Shown: positions 42,830-52,305 of the stretch, in pieces | Layout: each line of letters begins with the position of its first letter | Numbering within the stretch: the first letter of the stretch is position 1 | Source: Nostoc sp. | GTDB taxonomy: Bacteria > Cyanobacteriota > Cyanobacteriia > Cyanobacteriales > Nostocaceae | Direction of reading: 5' to 3' | Assembly (NCBI GenBank): GCA_036918135.1 | Contig: JBALDB010000048.1 | Coordinates: 146,077-210,076 of the forward strand | Length of the DNA: 64,000 bases | The notes under the pieces: model-generated | The model's database searches: none | Told to the model about the DNA's origin: nothing | What the model saw: the letters and a program-made list of their open reading frames with translations, nothing else | Translations under genes and position numbers: made by a program

Positions 42830-43321
42830 TTATCAAAACTTGGGCAGTGAGGACCAGAAGTTGCAGCCAAAGTTAATTCACTTGCAATGCGATCGCTTGG
42901 GCGTCTAGTATCGAAACGGCATTGAATCAAGGCTGAAACTTTGGACGATTTGGGCGACCAGAAGCGCGTCAGATTTTCCTATAAAGAGAGCTGTTAAACT
43001 TCGGTCAACCCAAAATACTATCAACCTATTTTGGATTTAAGATTTGTGATTTGAGATTAATCCTGAACAAAAGTGGGGACTTTGTAGATTTTAAGTTAAT
43101 GATAGCCCAGTCAAGCCCATCGAGGATGTTTGAAATTTATTCCCTCTATAAAAAGAGGAAATGAACCGAACAAGCACAATCTCAAATCAAAAATCGATCT
43201 TGAAAAGGTTTGAGTGCCAGCTTTTGGTAATCAAACTTTTTGCTAAATCGAAAATTGACACTCATTTCGGGAGGCAATTGATTTGTCTGCTAGCAGCACC
43301 TTAAAAGAGGGAGGCTAATCC

Positions 43322-44269
43322 GTGGCGCAGTTTCAAATTGAATGTGTAGAGTCTTATACTGAAGAAAGCCGCAACCATTATAGTAAATTTGTTCTGGAAC
43401 CTCTAGAGCGCGGCCAAGGAACAACGGTTGGCAACGCGCTGCGGCGAGTTTTACTGTCGAATTTAGAGGGTACGGCAGTAACAGCAGTCCGGATTGCAGG
43501 CGTTTCACATGAGTTTGCTACAGTTCCGGGTGTGCGGGAAGACGTGCTGGAAATCCTCATGAAAATGAAGGAAGTTATCCTGAAAAATTATTCTTCGCAA
43601 CCCCAGATTGGTCGGTTACTCGTTAACGGTCCAGCAACAATTACTGCGGCGCATTTTGATTTACCTAGTGAAGTCGAAATTATCGATCCGACCCAGTATG
43701 TAGCCACCATCGCTGAGGGTGGAAAGCTGGAAATGGAATTTAGGATTGAGAAAGGTAAAGGTTATCGCACTGTAGAGCGAGGGCGTGAGGAAGCTACATC
43801 GTTGGACTTTCTTCAAATCGACTCAGTGTTTATGCCAGTGCGTAAAGTAAACTATAGTGTCGAAGAAGCCCGTGGGGATGGCTCAATTACCAAAGACCGA
43901 CTGTTGTTGGAAGTTTGGACAAATGGCAGCATCTCTCCCCAAGAAGCACTATCCTCCGCTGCTGGAATCTTGGTAGATTTATTCAACCCGTTGAAAGACA
44001 TTTCCTTAGAACCAACAGATACAGGTTCGGAAATTTCAGAAGACCCAACTGCTCAGATTCCGATCGAAGAGTTGCAACTTTCTGTACGGGCATATAACTG
44101 TCTCAAACGGGCACAAGTGAATTCTGTAGCCGACTTGTTGGATTATACCCAAGAAGATCTCTTAGAAATTAAAAACTTTGGTCAAAAGTCAGCAGAAGAG
44201 GTCGTAGAAGCTTTGCAGCGTCGCTTGGGCATCACGTTGCCCCAAGAAAGAGGCTCTAAACACCCTTAA
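43322..44269 (+). CDS. rpoA: DNA-directed RNA polymerase subunit alpha
   Basis: EPLERGQGTTVGNALRRVLL; LSVRAYNCLKR; KNFGQKS. Confidence 0.98.
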   Translation: MAQFQIECVESYTEESRNHYSKFVLEPLERGQGTTVGNALRRVLLSNLEGTAVTAVRIAGVSHEFATVPGVREDVLEILMKMKEVILKNYSSQPQIGRLLVNGPATITAAHFDLPSEVEIIDPTQYVATIAEGGKLEMEFRIEKGKGYRTVERGREEATSLDFLQIDSVFMPVRKVNYSVEEARGDGSITKDRLLLEVWTNGSISPQEALSSAAGILVDLFNPLKDISLEPTDTGSEISEDPTAQIPIEELQLSVRAYNCLKRAQVNSVADLLDYTQEDLLEIKNFGQKSAEEVVEALQRRLGITLPQERGSKHP

Positions 44270-44391
44270 GTGATATCGAGTCTGGTTAATTACTTATTAT
44301 TGAAACAGACACACAGACACAGAGAGTTTTTTTAATAAGTAATTAAGTGGACATGATATGAAAACCGTTTGTAGTTCATAAGTACTTAATT

Positions 44392-44742
44392 ATGCGTCAC
44401 CGTTGTCGCGTCAAAAAACTTAGTAAACCAGCAGACCAGCGCCGCGCTTTACTGCGCTCGCTCACTACCGAGCTGATTCGTCATGGTAAAATTACCACCA
44501 CTTTAGTTCGCGCTAAAGTTTTGCGAAGTGAAGTAGACAAAATGATTACCTTAGCCAAAAACGGCTCCTTGGCTGCACGCCGGGAAGCTCTTGGCTACAT
44601 CTTCGACAAAGACTTAGTTCACGCTCTGTTTGAACAAGCTCCCACTCGCTATGGTAATCGCCAAGGCGGTTATACTCGTATCCTGCATACAGTACCGCGT
44701 CGGGGCGATAAGGCCGAAATGGCAATAATTGAATTGGTTTAA
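44392..44742 (+). CDS. rplQ: 50S ribosomal protein L17
   Basis: [24 protein letters not shown]. Confidence 0.98.
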   Translation: MRHRCRVKKLSKPADQRRALLRSLTTELIRHGKITTTLVRAKVLRSEVDKMITLAKNGSLAARREALGYIFDKDLVHALFEQAPTRYGNRQGGYTRILHTVPRRGDKAEMAIIELV

Positions 44743-44846
44743 GTCATTAGTCATTAGTCATTGGTCATTGGTCATTAGTCATTAGTCATTTGCAAAGGAC
44801 AAATGACTAAGGACAACTGACAAATGACAACTGACAAAGGACAAAA
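44743..44846. repeat. Inverted STRR heptamer arrays
   Basis: (TTAGTCA/TTGGTCA)n then (GACAAAT/GACAACT)n. Confidence 0.9.
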
Positions 44847-44851
44847 TCTGT

Positions 44852-45700
44852 ATGTTAGAAAGCCACCAGCCTAGACAAACTCATCGAGTAGCCTTGGTAA
44901 TCCAATACCTGGGCACTCATTTTCATGGCTGGCAAAGGCAAAAGAACCAGCGTACAGTCCAAGAAGAGATAGAAAAAGCGATCGCTACTATTCTTGGACA
45001 TCATGTGACATTACACGGCGCCGGACGAACCGATGCTGGCGTCCACGCTGCTGCTCAAGTCGCCCATTTTGAAGCAACAGGTTTAATTCCGGCTCACAAG
45101 TGGGCAACAATCCTCAACAGCTATCTGCCATCAGATATATTAATCAGGGCTTCAGCTGGTGTAGATTGCCGTTGGCACGCTCGCTTTAGTGCAGCCTATC
45201 GGCGGTATCGCTACACAATATACACTGAAGATCGACTTAACTTGTTCGTCAAACCTTTCAGTTGGCATTATTATTATGCACCCCTTGATGAATCATTAAT
45301 CCAAGCTGCTCTCAAACCTCTGTTGGGAAAGCATCACTTAGCTGCTTTTCACCGTGCAGGCTCAAAGCGATCGCATTCCTGGGTAGAAGTGCAAGCAGCA
45401 GAATGTCATCGCAGTGGGTCATTTATCCATATTGAAATACAGGCAGATGGATTTTTATATGGCATGGTACGGCTATTGGTAGGGATGTTGGTACAAGTAG
45501 GTTCTGGACAACGGACACTTGCCAACTTCGCCCAACTCTGGAAAGAGCAACGCCGCCAAGAAGTCAAACACGCCGCACCAGCTCAAGGTTTGTGCTTGTT
45601 GCGAGTCGGCTATCCAGATTTTCCCTTTCCAAAAGAGATTTGGTACGATACCCTGCCAAAGTTGGTCATTGGTCAAGAGTCATTAGTTATTAGTCATTAG
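44852..45700 (+). CDS. truA: tRNA pseudouridine(38-40) synthase
   Basis: GAGRTDAGVHA; HARFSA; FLYGMVR. Confidence 0.97.
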   Translation: MLESHQPRQTHRVALVIQYLGTHFHGWQRQKNQRTVQEEIEKAIATILGHHVTLHGAGRTDAGVHAAAQVAHFEATGLIPAHKWATILNSYLPSDILIRASAGVDCRWHARFSAAYRRYRYTIYTEDRLNLFVKPFSWHYYYAPLDESLIQAALKPLLGKHHLAAFHRAGSKRSHSWVEVQAAECHRSGSFIHIEIQADGFLYGMVRLLVGMLVQVGSGQRTLANFAQLWKEQRRQEVKHAAPAQGLCLLRVGYPDFPFPKEIWYDTLPKLVIGQESLVISH

Positions 45701-45877
45701 TCATTGGTCATTAGTGAATAACGAAGGACAAATGACAAAGCGCAAAGTCTGTAGACGCTTCTGTGGCTTAAGGCAGGGTGCGTCGGCTTCCGGCGAGCAG
45801 AACTTTGCAGGAGAGGACAAAAGATAACTGGACAAATGACAAATTGCAAAGGACAAAGGACAAAGGACAAATAACAA

Positions 45878-46339
45878 ATGACGATAGTTAAAACATACCT
45901 TCCTCCTCAAGCATCCCTTGAGCGTGAGTGGTACGTAGTAGATGCTACCGATAAACGCCTCGGACGCCTCGCCAGTGAAATCGCTCAAATCCTGAGAGGC
46001 AAAAACAAACCCGAATTTACACCCCACCTAGATACAGGTGACTTCGTGATTGTCGTCAATGCTGAGAAAGTAGCAGTCACAGGCAAAAAGCGCACTCAAA
46101 AAGTGTACCGTCGCCATTCTGGTCGTCCCGGCGGGATGAAAACGGAAACCTTCGCTAAGCTGCAACAGCGGCTACCAGAGCGGATTATAGAACACGCTGT
46201 TAAAGGTATGCTACCCAAAAATAGTCTGGGTAAACAGTTATTCACCAAGCTGAAAGTTTACGCTGGGCCAACTCATCCCCACGATGCTCAAAAACCTAAA
46301 GAACTAAAAATTAGTACAATTCCTGGAGAAGAAAATTAA
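45878..46339 (+). CDS. rplM: 50S ribosomal protein L13
   Basis: WYVVDA; LGRLAS; DTGDFV; HSGRPGG. Confidence 0.97.
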   Translation: MTIVKTYLPPQASLEREWYVVDATDKRLGRLASEIAQILRGKNKPEFTPHLDTGDFVIVVNAEKVAVTGKKRTQKVYRRHSGRPGGMKTETFAKLQQRLPERIIEHAVKGMLPKNSLGKQLFTKLKVYAGPTHPHDAQKPKELKISTIPGEEN

Positions 46340-46755
46340 TGGTAGCAGCAGACACCAATAGTGGCCGCGCCGTGTACTGGGGTACTGGTCGTCGGAAGTC
46401 ATCAGTAGCAAGAGTACGTTTGGTTCCAGGTACTGGTCAACTAACTGTCAACGGTAAAGATGGAAACTTGTATTTCCAATTCAATGCTAACTACCTGGGA
46501 GTAATCAAAGCACCCTTAGAAACTTTGGGACTAGAAAACGAATACGACATTTTGGTAAAAGCAGAAGGCGGCGGCTTAACCGGACAGGCTGATTCTGTTC
46601 GCTTAGGAGTTGCTCGTGCTTTGTGTCAATTAGACCCTGATAACCGACCACCTTTGAAAACTGAAGGTTATTTAACTCGCGATCCTCGGGCAAAAGAACG
46701 GAAAAAATATGGTTTACACAAAGCTCGCAAAGCGCCTCAGTATTCCAAGCGTTAG
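46339..46755 (+). CDS. rpsI: 30S ribosomal protein S9
   Basis: GTGRRK; LTRDPR; QYSKR. Confidence 0.98.
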   Translation: MVAADTNSGRAVYWGTGRRKSSVARVRLVPGTGQLTVNGKDGNLYFQFNANYLGVIKAPLETLGLENEYDILVKAEGGGLTGQADSVRLGVARALCQLDPDNRPPLKTEGYLTRDPRAKERKKYGLHKARKAPQYSKR

Positions 46756-46894
46756 GCAATTACTGGGGACTAGGTATTGGGTTTTAGAAAAAGTAAATTA
46801 GTTTTTTATCTCTTTCCCAGTCCCCAGTCCTTAATTCCTAGTCCCAATTGCAAGCAAAAAGTTATAATTCTTATAGATCACCACAAAAGGAACA

Positions 46895-47134
46895 ATGGCT
46901 AAATCCGATATTCATCCCAAGTGGTATCCAGATGCAAAAGTCTACTGTAACGGTCAAGTTGTAATGACCGTTGGCTCTACCAAGCCAGAACTGCACGTAG
47001 ATGTTTGGTCTGGAAATCACCCATTTTATACCGGCACTCAGAAGATTATTGACACAGAGGGTCGAGTGGAGCGCTTCCTCCGCAAATACGGTATGTCAAG
47101 CGAACAAACCTCCGGCACCAAAAAGAAAAAGTAG
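46895..47134 (+). CDS. rpmE: 50S ribosomal protein L31
   Basis: IHPKWY; HPFYTGTQ; GRVERF. Confidence 0.97.
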   Translation: MAKSDIHPKWYPDAKVYCNGQVVMTVGSTKPELHVDVWSGNHPFYTGTQKIIDTEGRVERFLRKYGMSSEQTSGTKKKK

Positions 47135-47155
47135 CGGGTTGGCTCTGCTGTTAAC

Positions 47156-47181
47156 GACGACCCTGCATTTTTCGGGGTCGA
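47156..47181 (+). terminator. Hairpin after rpmE
   Basis: CGACCCTG-cattttt-CGGGGTCG. Confidence 0.45.
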
Positions 47182-47239
47182 TTGTCATTTATATGCTCGA
47201 GCCAATTTGTTATTTTTTTAAGGAGCGATCGCACTCGTC

Positions 47240-48337
47240 ATGGCTGAAACATACTTACTGGAAAAACTAAAATCTGTCGAACAAACTTTTAATGAATTAA
47301 CACGTCGTCTGGCTGACCCCGATACCGCTAAAAATCCTGATGAGTATCAAAAAATCGCCAAGTCTCGTTCTTCTCTGGAAGAAGTAGTTAATTCCTATGA
47401 AACTTGGAAAACTGCCCAAGAAGACTTGATCGGAGCGCGTCAGGTACTCAAAGAATCTGCAAGCGATCCAGAGTTGCAAGAAATGGCAGCGCTGGAGGTA
47501 GATGAACTCGAGCAAAAAATAGAATATTTAGAGACTCGCTTGAAGGTCTTATTGCTGCCTCGCGACCCCAATGATGAAAAGAATATCATGTTGGAAATTC
47601 GCGCTGGCACAGGTGGCGATGAAGCCAGTATTTGGGCTGGGGATTTGATGCGAATGTACACTCGCTACGCCCAAACTCAAGGTTGGAAAGTTTCTCTGAT
47701 GAGCGAATCTCTAGGAGAAATGGGCGGTTGGAAAGAGGTGATTCTGGAAATTAAAGGTGACGACGTTTACAGTCAGCTAAAGTTTGAAGCTGGAGTGCAT
47801 CGCGTGCAGCGCGTGCCAGTCACAGAGGCAGGTGGGCGCGTTCATACCTCTACTGCTACGGTGGCAATTATGCCAGAGGTGGATGATGTGGAAATCCACA
47901 TCGATCCGAAAGATATTGAAATGACCACGGCTCGTTCTGGCGGTGCTGGTGGACAAAACGTCAACAAGGTGGAAACAGCCGTTGACTTGATGCACAAACC
48001 AACGGGAATTCGGATTTTCTGTACGGAAGAACGCAGCCAGTTGCAAAACAAAGAACGGGCGATGCAAATTCTGCGGGCGAAGTTGTATGAGATGAAGTTA
48101 CGCGAACAACAAGAAGCTGTAACTTCCATGCGGCGCTCGCAAGTTGGTACAGGATCGCGATCGGAAAAAATTCGCACCTATAATTATAAAGACAACCGCG
48201 TTACCGACCACCGTTTAGGTCAAAACTATTCTCTTAACCCTGTGTTGGAAGGCGATTTAGAAACTATTGTCCAATCTTGTATCTCCCAAGACCAACAAGA
48301 ACGTCTAGCTGAATTGGCAACTGCTAGCGCTAATTAA
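47240..48337 (+). CDS. prfA: Peptide chain release factor 1
   Basis: PVT tripeptide (QRVPVTE), GGQ motif, RTYNY. Confidence 0.97.
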   Translation: MAETYLLEKLKSVEQTFNELTRRLADPDTAKNPDEYQKIAKSRSSLEEVVNSYETWKTAQEDLIGARQVLKESASDPELQEMAALEVDELEQKIEYLETRLKVLLLPRDPNDEKNIMLEIRAGTGGDEASIWAGDLMRMYTRYAQTQGWKVSLMSESLGEMGGWKEVILEIKGDDVYSQLKFEAGVHRVQRVPVTEAGGRVHTSTATVAIMPEVDDVEIHIDPKDIEMTTARSGGAGGQNVNKVETAVDLMHKPTGIRIFCTEERSQLQNKERAMQILRAKLYEMKLREQQEAVTSMRRSQVGTGSRSEKIRTYNYKDNRVTDHRLGQNYSLNPVLEGDLETIVQSCISQDQQERLAELATASAN

Positions 48338-48361
48338 TTTTTATTAGTAAAAATTCTATTG

Positions 48362-48406
48362 AACCGCTTGTTGTACTGTTGTTTTTAACATATGCAAGCG
48401 GTTTTC
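48362..48406 (+). terminator. Hairpin after prfA
   Basis: AACCGCTTG...CAAGCGGTTTT. Confidence 0.55.
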
Positions 48407-48796
48407 TCATGCAGAGTGGAGTGCATCTTCAATTTCACTGAGATATAGCAGGAGGCAGGAGGTAAAACTATTGCTAACTCTAGCATTCACCCTTTCCAAG
48501 TGTCCTAAAGAGTGTGACTACGGCTATATAGCAGAAGGCTAAGAGACAGGGGATAAAACTATTACTGTTGCTAGTAGCATTCACGCTTGTCATTATGTCC
48601 TAACCTATGTGACTACGGCTATAGCTATGATAGGCAAGTCCGTATTTCATAACGTCATTTACCTTTGTTCATTCCTTCAAAGTTTGTCAGGCATAAATTC
48701 AGTATGACTTTGATGATGCGATCGCAGACAATTTTCTATGCGATACTCGTCAAGACTGGGAAGGATAATTCCTACTATTTTTCTTGATTAATTTAT

Positions 48797-48976
48797 AATG
48801 GTAGACCTGAACGGTGAATGATTAATTTTAATGATATGAATATCGAGTAAACCAGTAATTATCAATTATCTTTTGAGTATCTTAAGGCTTTTATCTAGCT
48901 ACATTCTGACAAGAATCGCAAGGTTATAACTAGGATTAATTGGTGGAAGTATGGTGAAAAAAGACCAGCAATAAGG
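48797..48976 (+). pseudogene. Relic of a type IIL/MmeI-like restriction-modification (methyltransferase) gene
   Basis: One frame with three stops: NGRPER*MINFNDMNIE*TSNYQLSFEYLKAFI*LHSDKNRKVITRINWWKYGEKRPAIR. Confidence 0.55.
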
Positions 48977-49120
48977 ACTGAAATCTGAAGTAGCCCAAGA
49001 TCCCGCCAGTAGTTATAAACTTATGGCAATAGATACTATTAATCATCTGAGCAAAATCTACCCACTGGCAGGTAATAAAAAATGGTTTTAAAATGGTGAA
49101 ATCTTAAATGATTTAGAGGG

Positions 49121-49624
49121 GTGTCTATGTCGCTACGGAATCAGCCTTTAGACTGGCAAGTTGAAACGAACAATGCTTATATACCAATTTATCATCAAGG
49201 TAATTTAGTTGGATTTTTTAAACAAGAATATGCAAGTGAAATAATTAAGTTTTTAAATGAAGAAGAAGTTTTAAAAAAAGCACTTAAGCAAGCTTGTACT
49301 GATTTAATTAAAAAAATGGGTGGTGACACTAATAAAGTAAATTATTTAATTCAAAAATATGTCAAAAGTAGCGAACGCCCCAAGTATGGAACTAGAGCGA
49401 TCGCTCTTTTACTTCGCGACCGACAAAAAGAACTTGACTTGAGTAATCAGGAGTTTGCAAAATTCTGCGATACTTTTAAATTATCACCCACTGAACTGAA
49501 TAATATTTATGCTGGAGAAGTATTTGATGATAGTTTGTTAGCAGCAGTTTCCCGGATATTAGGAATAACAAAAGAGCGGTTACTAGAAGTACGAGACGGT
49601 TCAGAAAAAGAAAGTAAGGTATGA
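49121..49624 (+). CDS. Hypothetical protein with possible C-terminal HTH
   Basis: 167-aa ORF with GAGG SD; LSNQEFAKFCDTFKLSPTEL helix pattern. Confidence 0.7.
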   Translation: MSMSLRNQPLDWQVETNNAYIPIYHQGNLVGFFKQEYASEIIKFLNEEEVLKKALKQACTDLIKKMGGDTNKVNYLIQKYVKSSERPKYGTRAIALLLRDRQKELDLSNQEFAKFCDTFKLSPTELNNIYAGEVFDDSLLAAVSRILGITKERLLEVRDGSEKESKV

Positions 49625-49658
49625 ACCGCTAATCAAAATTTCTCAAGGGTAAAAAATC

Positions 49659-49967
49659 ATGAAGACAGACAGTATTTTTTACCGCCTCTTTCAAGAATTT
49701 CCTAGTATCTTTTTTAAACTTCTTGGTAATCCGTCCGAAGAAGCCAGCCTTTATCAATTTTCATCAATTGAAATAAAACAAACAGCATTCAGAATCGATG
49801 GTGTATTTTTGCCTAAACAAGAAGCCTTTGAGGAAGGTATTCAACAAGGGATTGAACAAGGTAAACTAAAAGCGGTACGACCCATGTTGACAGCAGGTTT
49901 GACTGTAGAGTATATAGCACAAGCCTTAGATTTGAGTATCGAAGAAGTAAGACAAGCCGCACAGTAG
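49659..49967 (+). pseudogene. Rpn-family (DUF2887) nuclease/putative transposase with in-frame internal deletion
   Basis: MKTDSIFYRLFQ...EIKQTAFRIDGVFLP joined directly to the C-terminal EEGIQQGIEQG...IAQALDLSIEEV. Confidence 0.75.
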
Positions 49968-50111
49968 CAAGGTTCATGTTTGGCTCAAGCTAAATTTTAT
50001 TTGCAGCTTCAGAACTTTGCAGCGACAAATTTACAGTTAATTTTTGTTAAGATTGGAAGCGGTATTAGTACTTCGTCCTCAATCACCCATTTCCTACCTG
50101 AGAGAAACTTA

Positions 50112-51806
50112 ATGCTGCGACTTGAACATATTAGTAAAATTTATCATACAGGCGAAGTTCTCAAAGATATCAACTGGGAAGTTAAACCAGGCGATCGCAT
50201 TGGCTTAGTCGGTGTCAATGGTGCTGGAAAATCTACCCAACTCAAAATTATCACTGGGGAAATTGAACCCACAGCTGGAGAAATCATTCGTCCTGCGAGT
50301 TTACATATAGCTTACCTCAACCAAGAGTTTGAAGTAGACCCTAGCCGCACCGTTAGAGAAGAATTTTGGACAGTTTTCAAAGAAGCCAACCAAGTACAGT
50401 TATCTCTGGCGCAGGTGCAACGTGATATGGAAGCGGCTACCCCAGAGGAACTCGATCGGCTAATCAACAAGTTAGACCTTTTGCAGCGCCAATTTGAAGC
50501 CTTGGATGGCTATGGCTTAGACGCCCGTATTGGGAAAATCTTACCAGAAATGGGGTTTGGGGTAGAAGATGGCGATCGCCTTGTTAGTGCTTTCAGTGGC
50601 GGTTGGCAGATGCGGATGAGTTTGGGTAAAATTCTCTTACAAAAACCTGACTTGTTACTATTGGACGAACCAACTAACCATTTGGATTTAGAAACCATTG
50701 AATGGCTAGAAAATTATCTCAAAGGGTTAATTACTCCAATGGTCATAGTCTCCCATGACCGGGAATTTCTTGACCGTCTGTGTACTCAAATTGTAGAAAC
50801 TGAACGCGGTGTTTCTACTACTTATCTCGGCAACTATTCCGCATATTTACAACAGAAAGCTGAAAATCAAGCAGCACAACTAAGTGCTTACGAACGCCAG
50901 CAAAAAGAATTAGAAAAACAGCAAGTTTTTGTTGATAGATTTCGCGCCAGTGCTACCCGCAGTACCCAAGCAAAAAGCCGGGAAAAGCAACTGGAAAAAA
51001 TCGAGCGCATTGAAGCACCTGTAGCTGGAATGAGAACTTTACACTTTCGCTTTCCTCCCGCACCCCGCAGCGGACGCGAAGTGGTAAACATTAAAGATTT
51101 AACTCATATTTATGATGATAAAATTTTATTTTTGGGAGCAAATCTGTTAATTGAAAGAGGCGATCGCATTGCTTTTCTCGGCCCCAACGGTGCTGGAAAA
51201 TCGACACTCTTGCGCCTAATTATAGGTATAGAACCATCCACAGAGGGTATTGTCCAATTAGGCGATCACAACGTTCTTCCTGGTTATTTTGAACAAAATC
51301 AAGCTGAAGCTTTGGACTTGAAAAGAACTGTCATGGAAACAATCCATGATGAGGTTCCCGATTGGAAAAATGAAGAAGTCCGTACACTTTTAGGACGATT
51401 TTTATTCAGTGGGGATACAGTATTTAAGGCAGTTGGAGCATTAAGTGGAGGAGAAAAAGCTCGTTTGGCGTTGGCAAAAATGCTTTTACGTCCTGCCAAT
51501 TTATTAATTTTGGATGAGCCGACAAATCACCTAGATATTCCCGCCAAAGAAATGCTGGAAGAAGCGCTCCAAAACTATGATGGCACAGCAATTGTTGTAT
51601 CCCATGACCGCTATTTTATCTCTCAGGTAGCTAATAAAATCGTCGAAATTCGAGATGGCGAATTCCGCGTTTATTTAGGAGATTATCATTACTATCTCCA
51701 GAAAATTGCCGAAGAAAAAGAAGAAGCAAGATTAGCTGCGATCGCTGCCGAAAAAGCCGCCAAAAAAGCTGCTAAAGCTGCTAAGGCTGCCACGAAACGA
51801 AAATGA
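50112..51806 (+). CDS. ABC-F family ATP-binding protein
   Basis: Two ABC domains (GVNGAGKST, GPNGAGKST; LDEPTNHLD twice), no TM; ATG at 50112. Confidence 0.93.
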   Translation: MLRLEHISKIYHTGEVLKDINWEVKPGDRIGLVGVNGAGKSTQLKIITGEIEPTAGEIIRPASLHIAYLNQEFEVDPSRTVREEFWTVFKEANQVQLSLAQVQRDMEAATPEELDRLINKLDLLQRQFEALDGYGLDARIGKILPEMGFGVEDGDRLVSAFSGGWQMRMSLGKILLQKPDLLLLDEPTNHLDLETIEWLENYLKGLITPMVIVSHDREFLDRLCTQIVETERGVSTTYLGNYSAYLQQKAENQAAQLSAYERQQKELEKQQVFVDRFRASATRSTQAKSREKQLEKIERIEAPVAGMRTLHFRFPPAPRSGREVVNIKDLTHIYDDKILFLGANLLIERGDRIAFLGPNGAGKSTLLRLIIGIEPSTEGIVQLGDHNVLPGYFEQNQAEALDLKRTVMETIHDEVPDWKNEEVRTLLGRFLFSGDTVFKAVGALSGGEKARLALAKMLLRPANLLILDEPTNHLDIPAKEMLEEALQNYDGTAIVVSHDRYFISQVANKIVEIRDGEFRVYLGDYHYYLQKIAEEKEEARLAAIAAEKAAKKAAKAAKAATKRK

Positions 51807-52305
51807 GCAACTGGAAAATTGCTTAATAGTAAAGTTTAACAGTTATCATTTGTTAGTTTTCTACGTTGGTTAACAGCCTCTTTGCCCTACAGTTATCAGT
51901 GATACTGATAACTGTTCAATTATTTTAAGTATAAATTATACAGTTCTTAACTGTATAACATGTTTAAATGCTATTAAGCTAACGCGCTTAGATGTTGGAT
52001 TTTTTCTCAAGACTGTCATTGGTCATTAGTCATTTAGTCATAGGTTACAACCAACAAACGATGAAAGACAAATGACAAAGGACAACCTGATGAGTTGATG
52101 TGCAACTTAAATAGATTGACAGCTTACTAAATAATCACTCTTTATTCAAGAGCAAAAACAACATAGAAAAATTACTAATATTTAAAAAATGTCTCAAAAA
52201 GCTGCAAGTCGTTCATGAAATAAGTTAATAAGCAGAAATTCACTTGCGGCGGTGATTAGCAATGGTATCATTCGGGTATTACAAAAAGTAAAGGGCAATT
52301 TTACT

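Noticed and set aside
29650..44742. Absence of rpsJ, rpsN, rpmD, map and rpsD from the S10-spc-alpha cluster
   Set aside because: This is the usual cyanobacterial arrangement, not a novelty
30338..46027. Minus-strand ORFs with [14 protein letters not shown] sequence (30338, 37124, 38117, 38121, 45701)
   Set aside because: Translations of STRR heptamer arrays and antisense shadows of ribosomal genes
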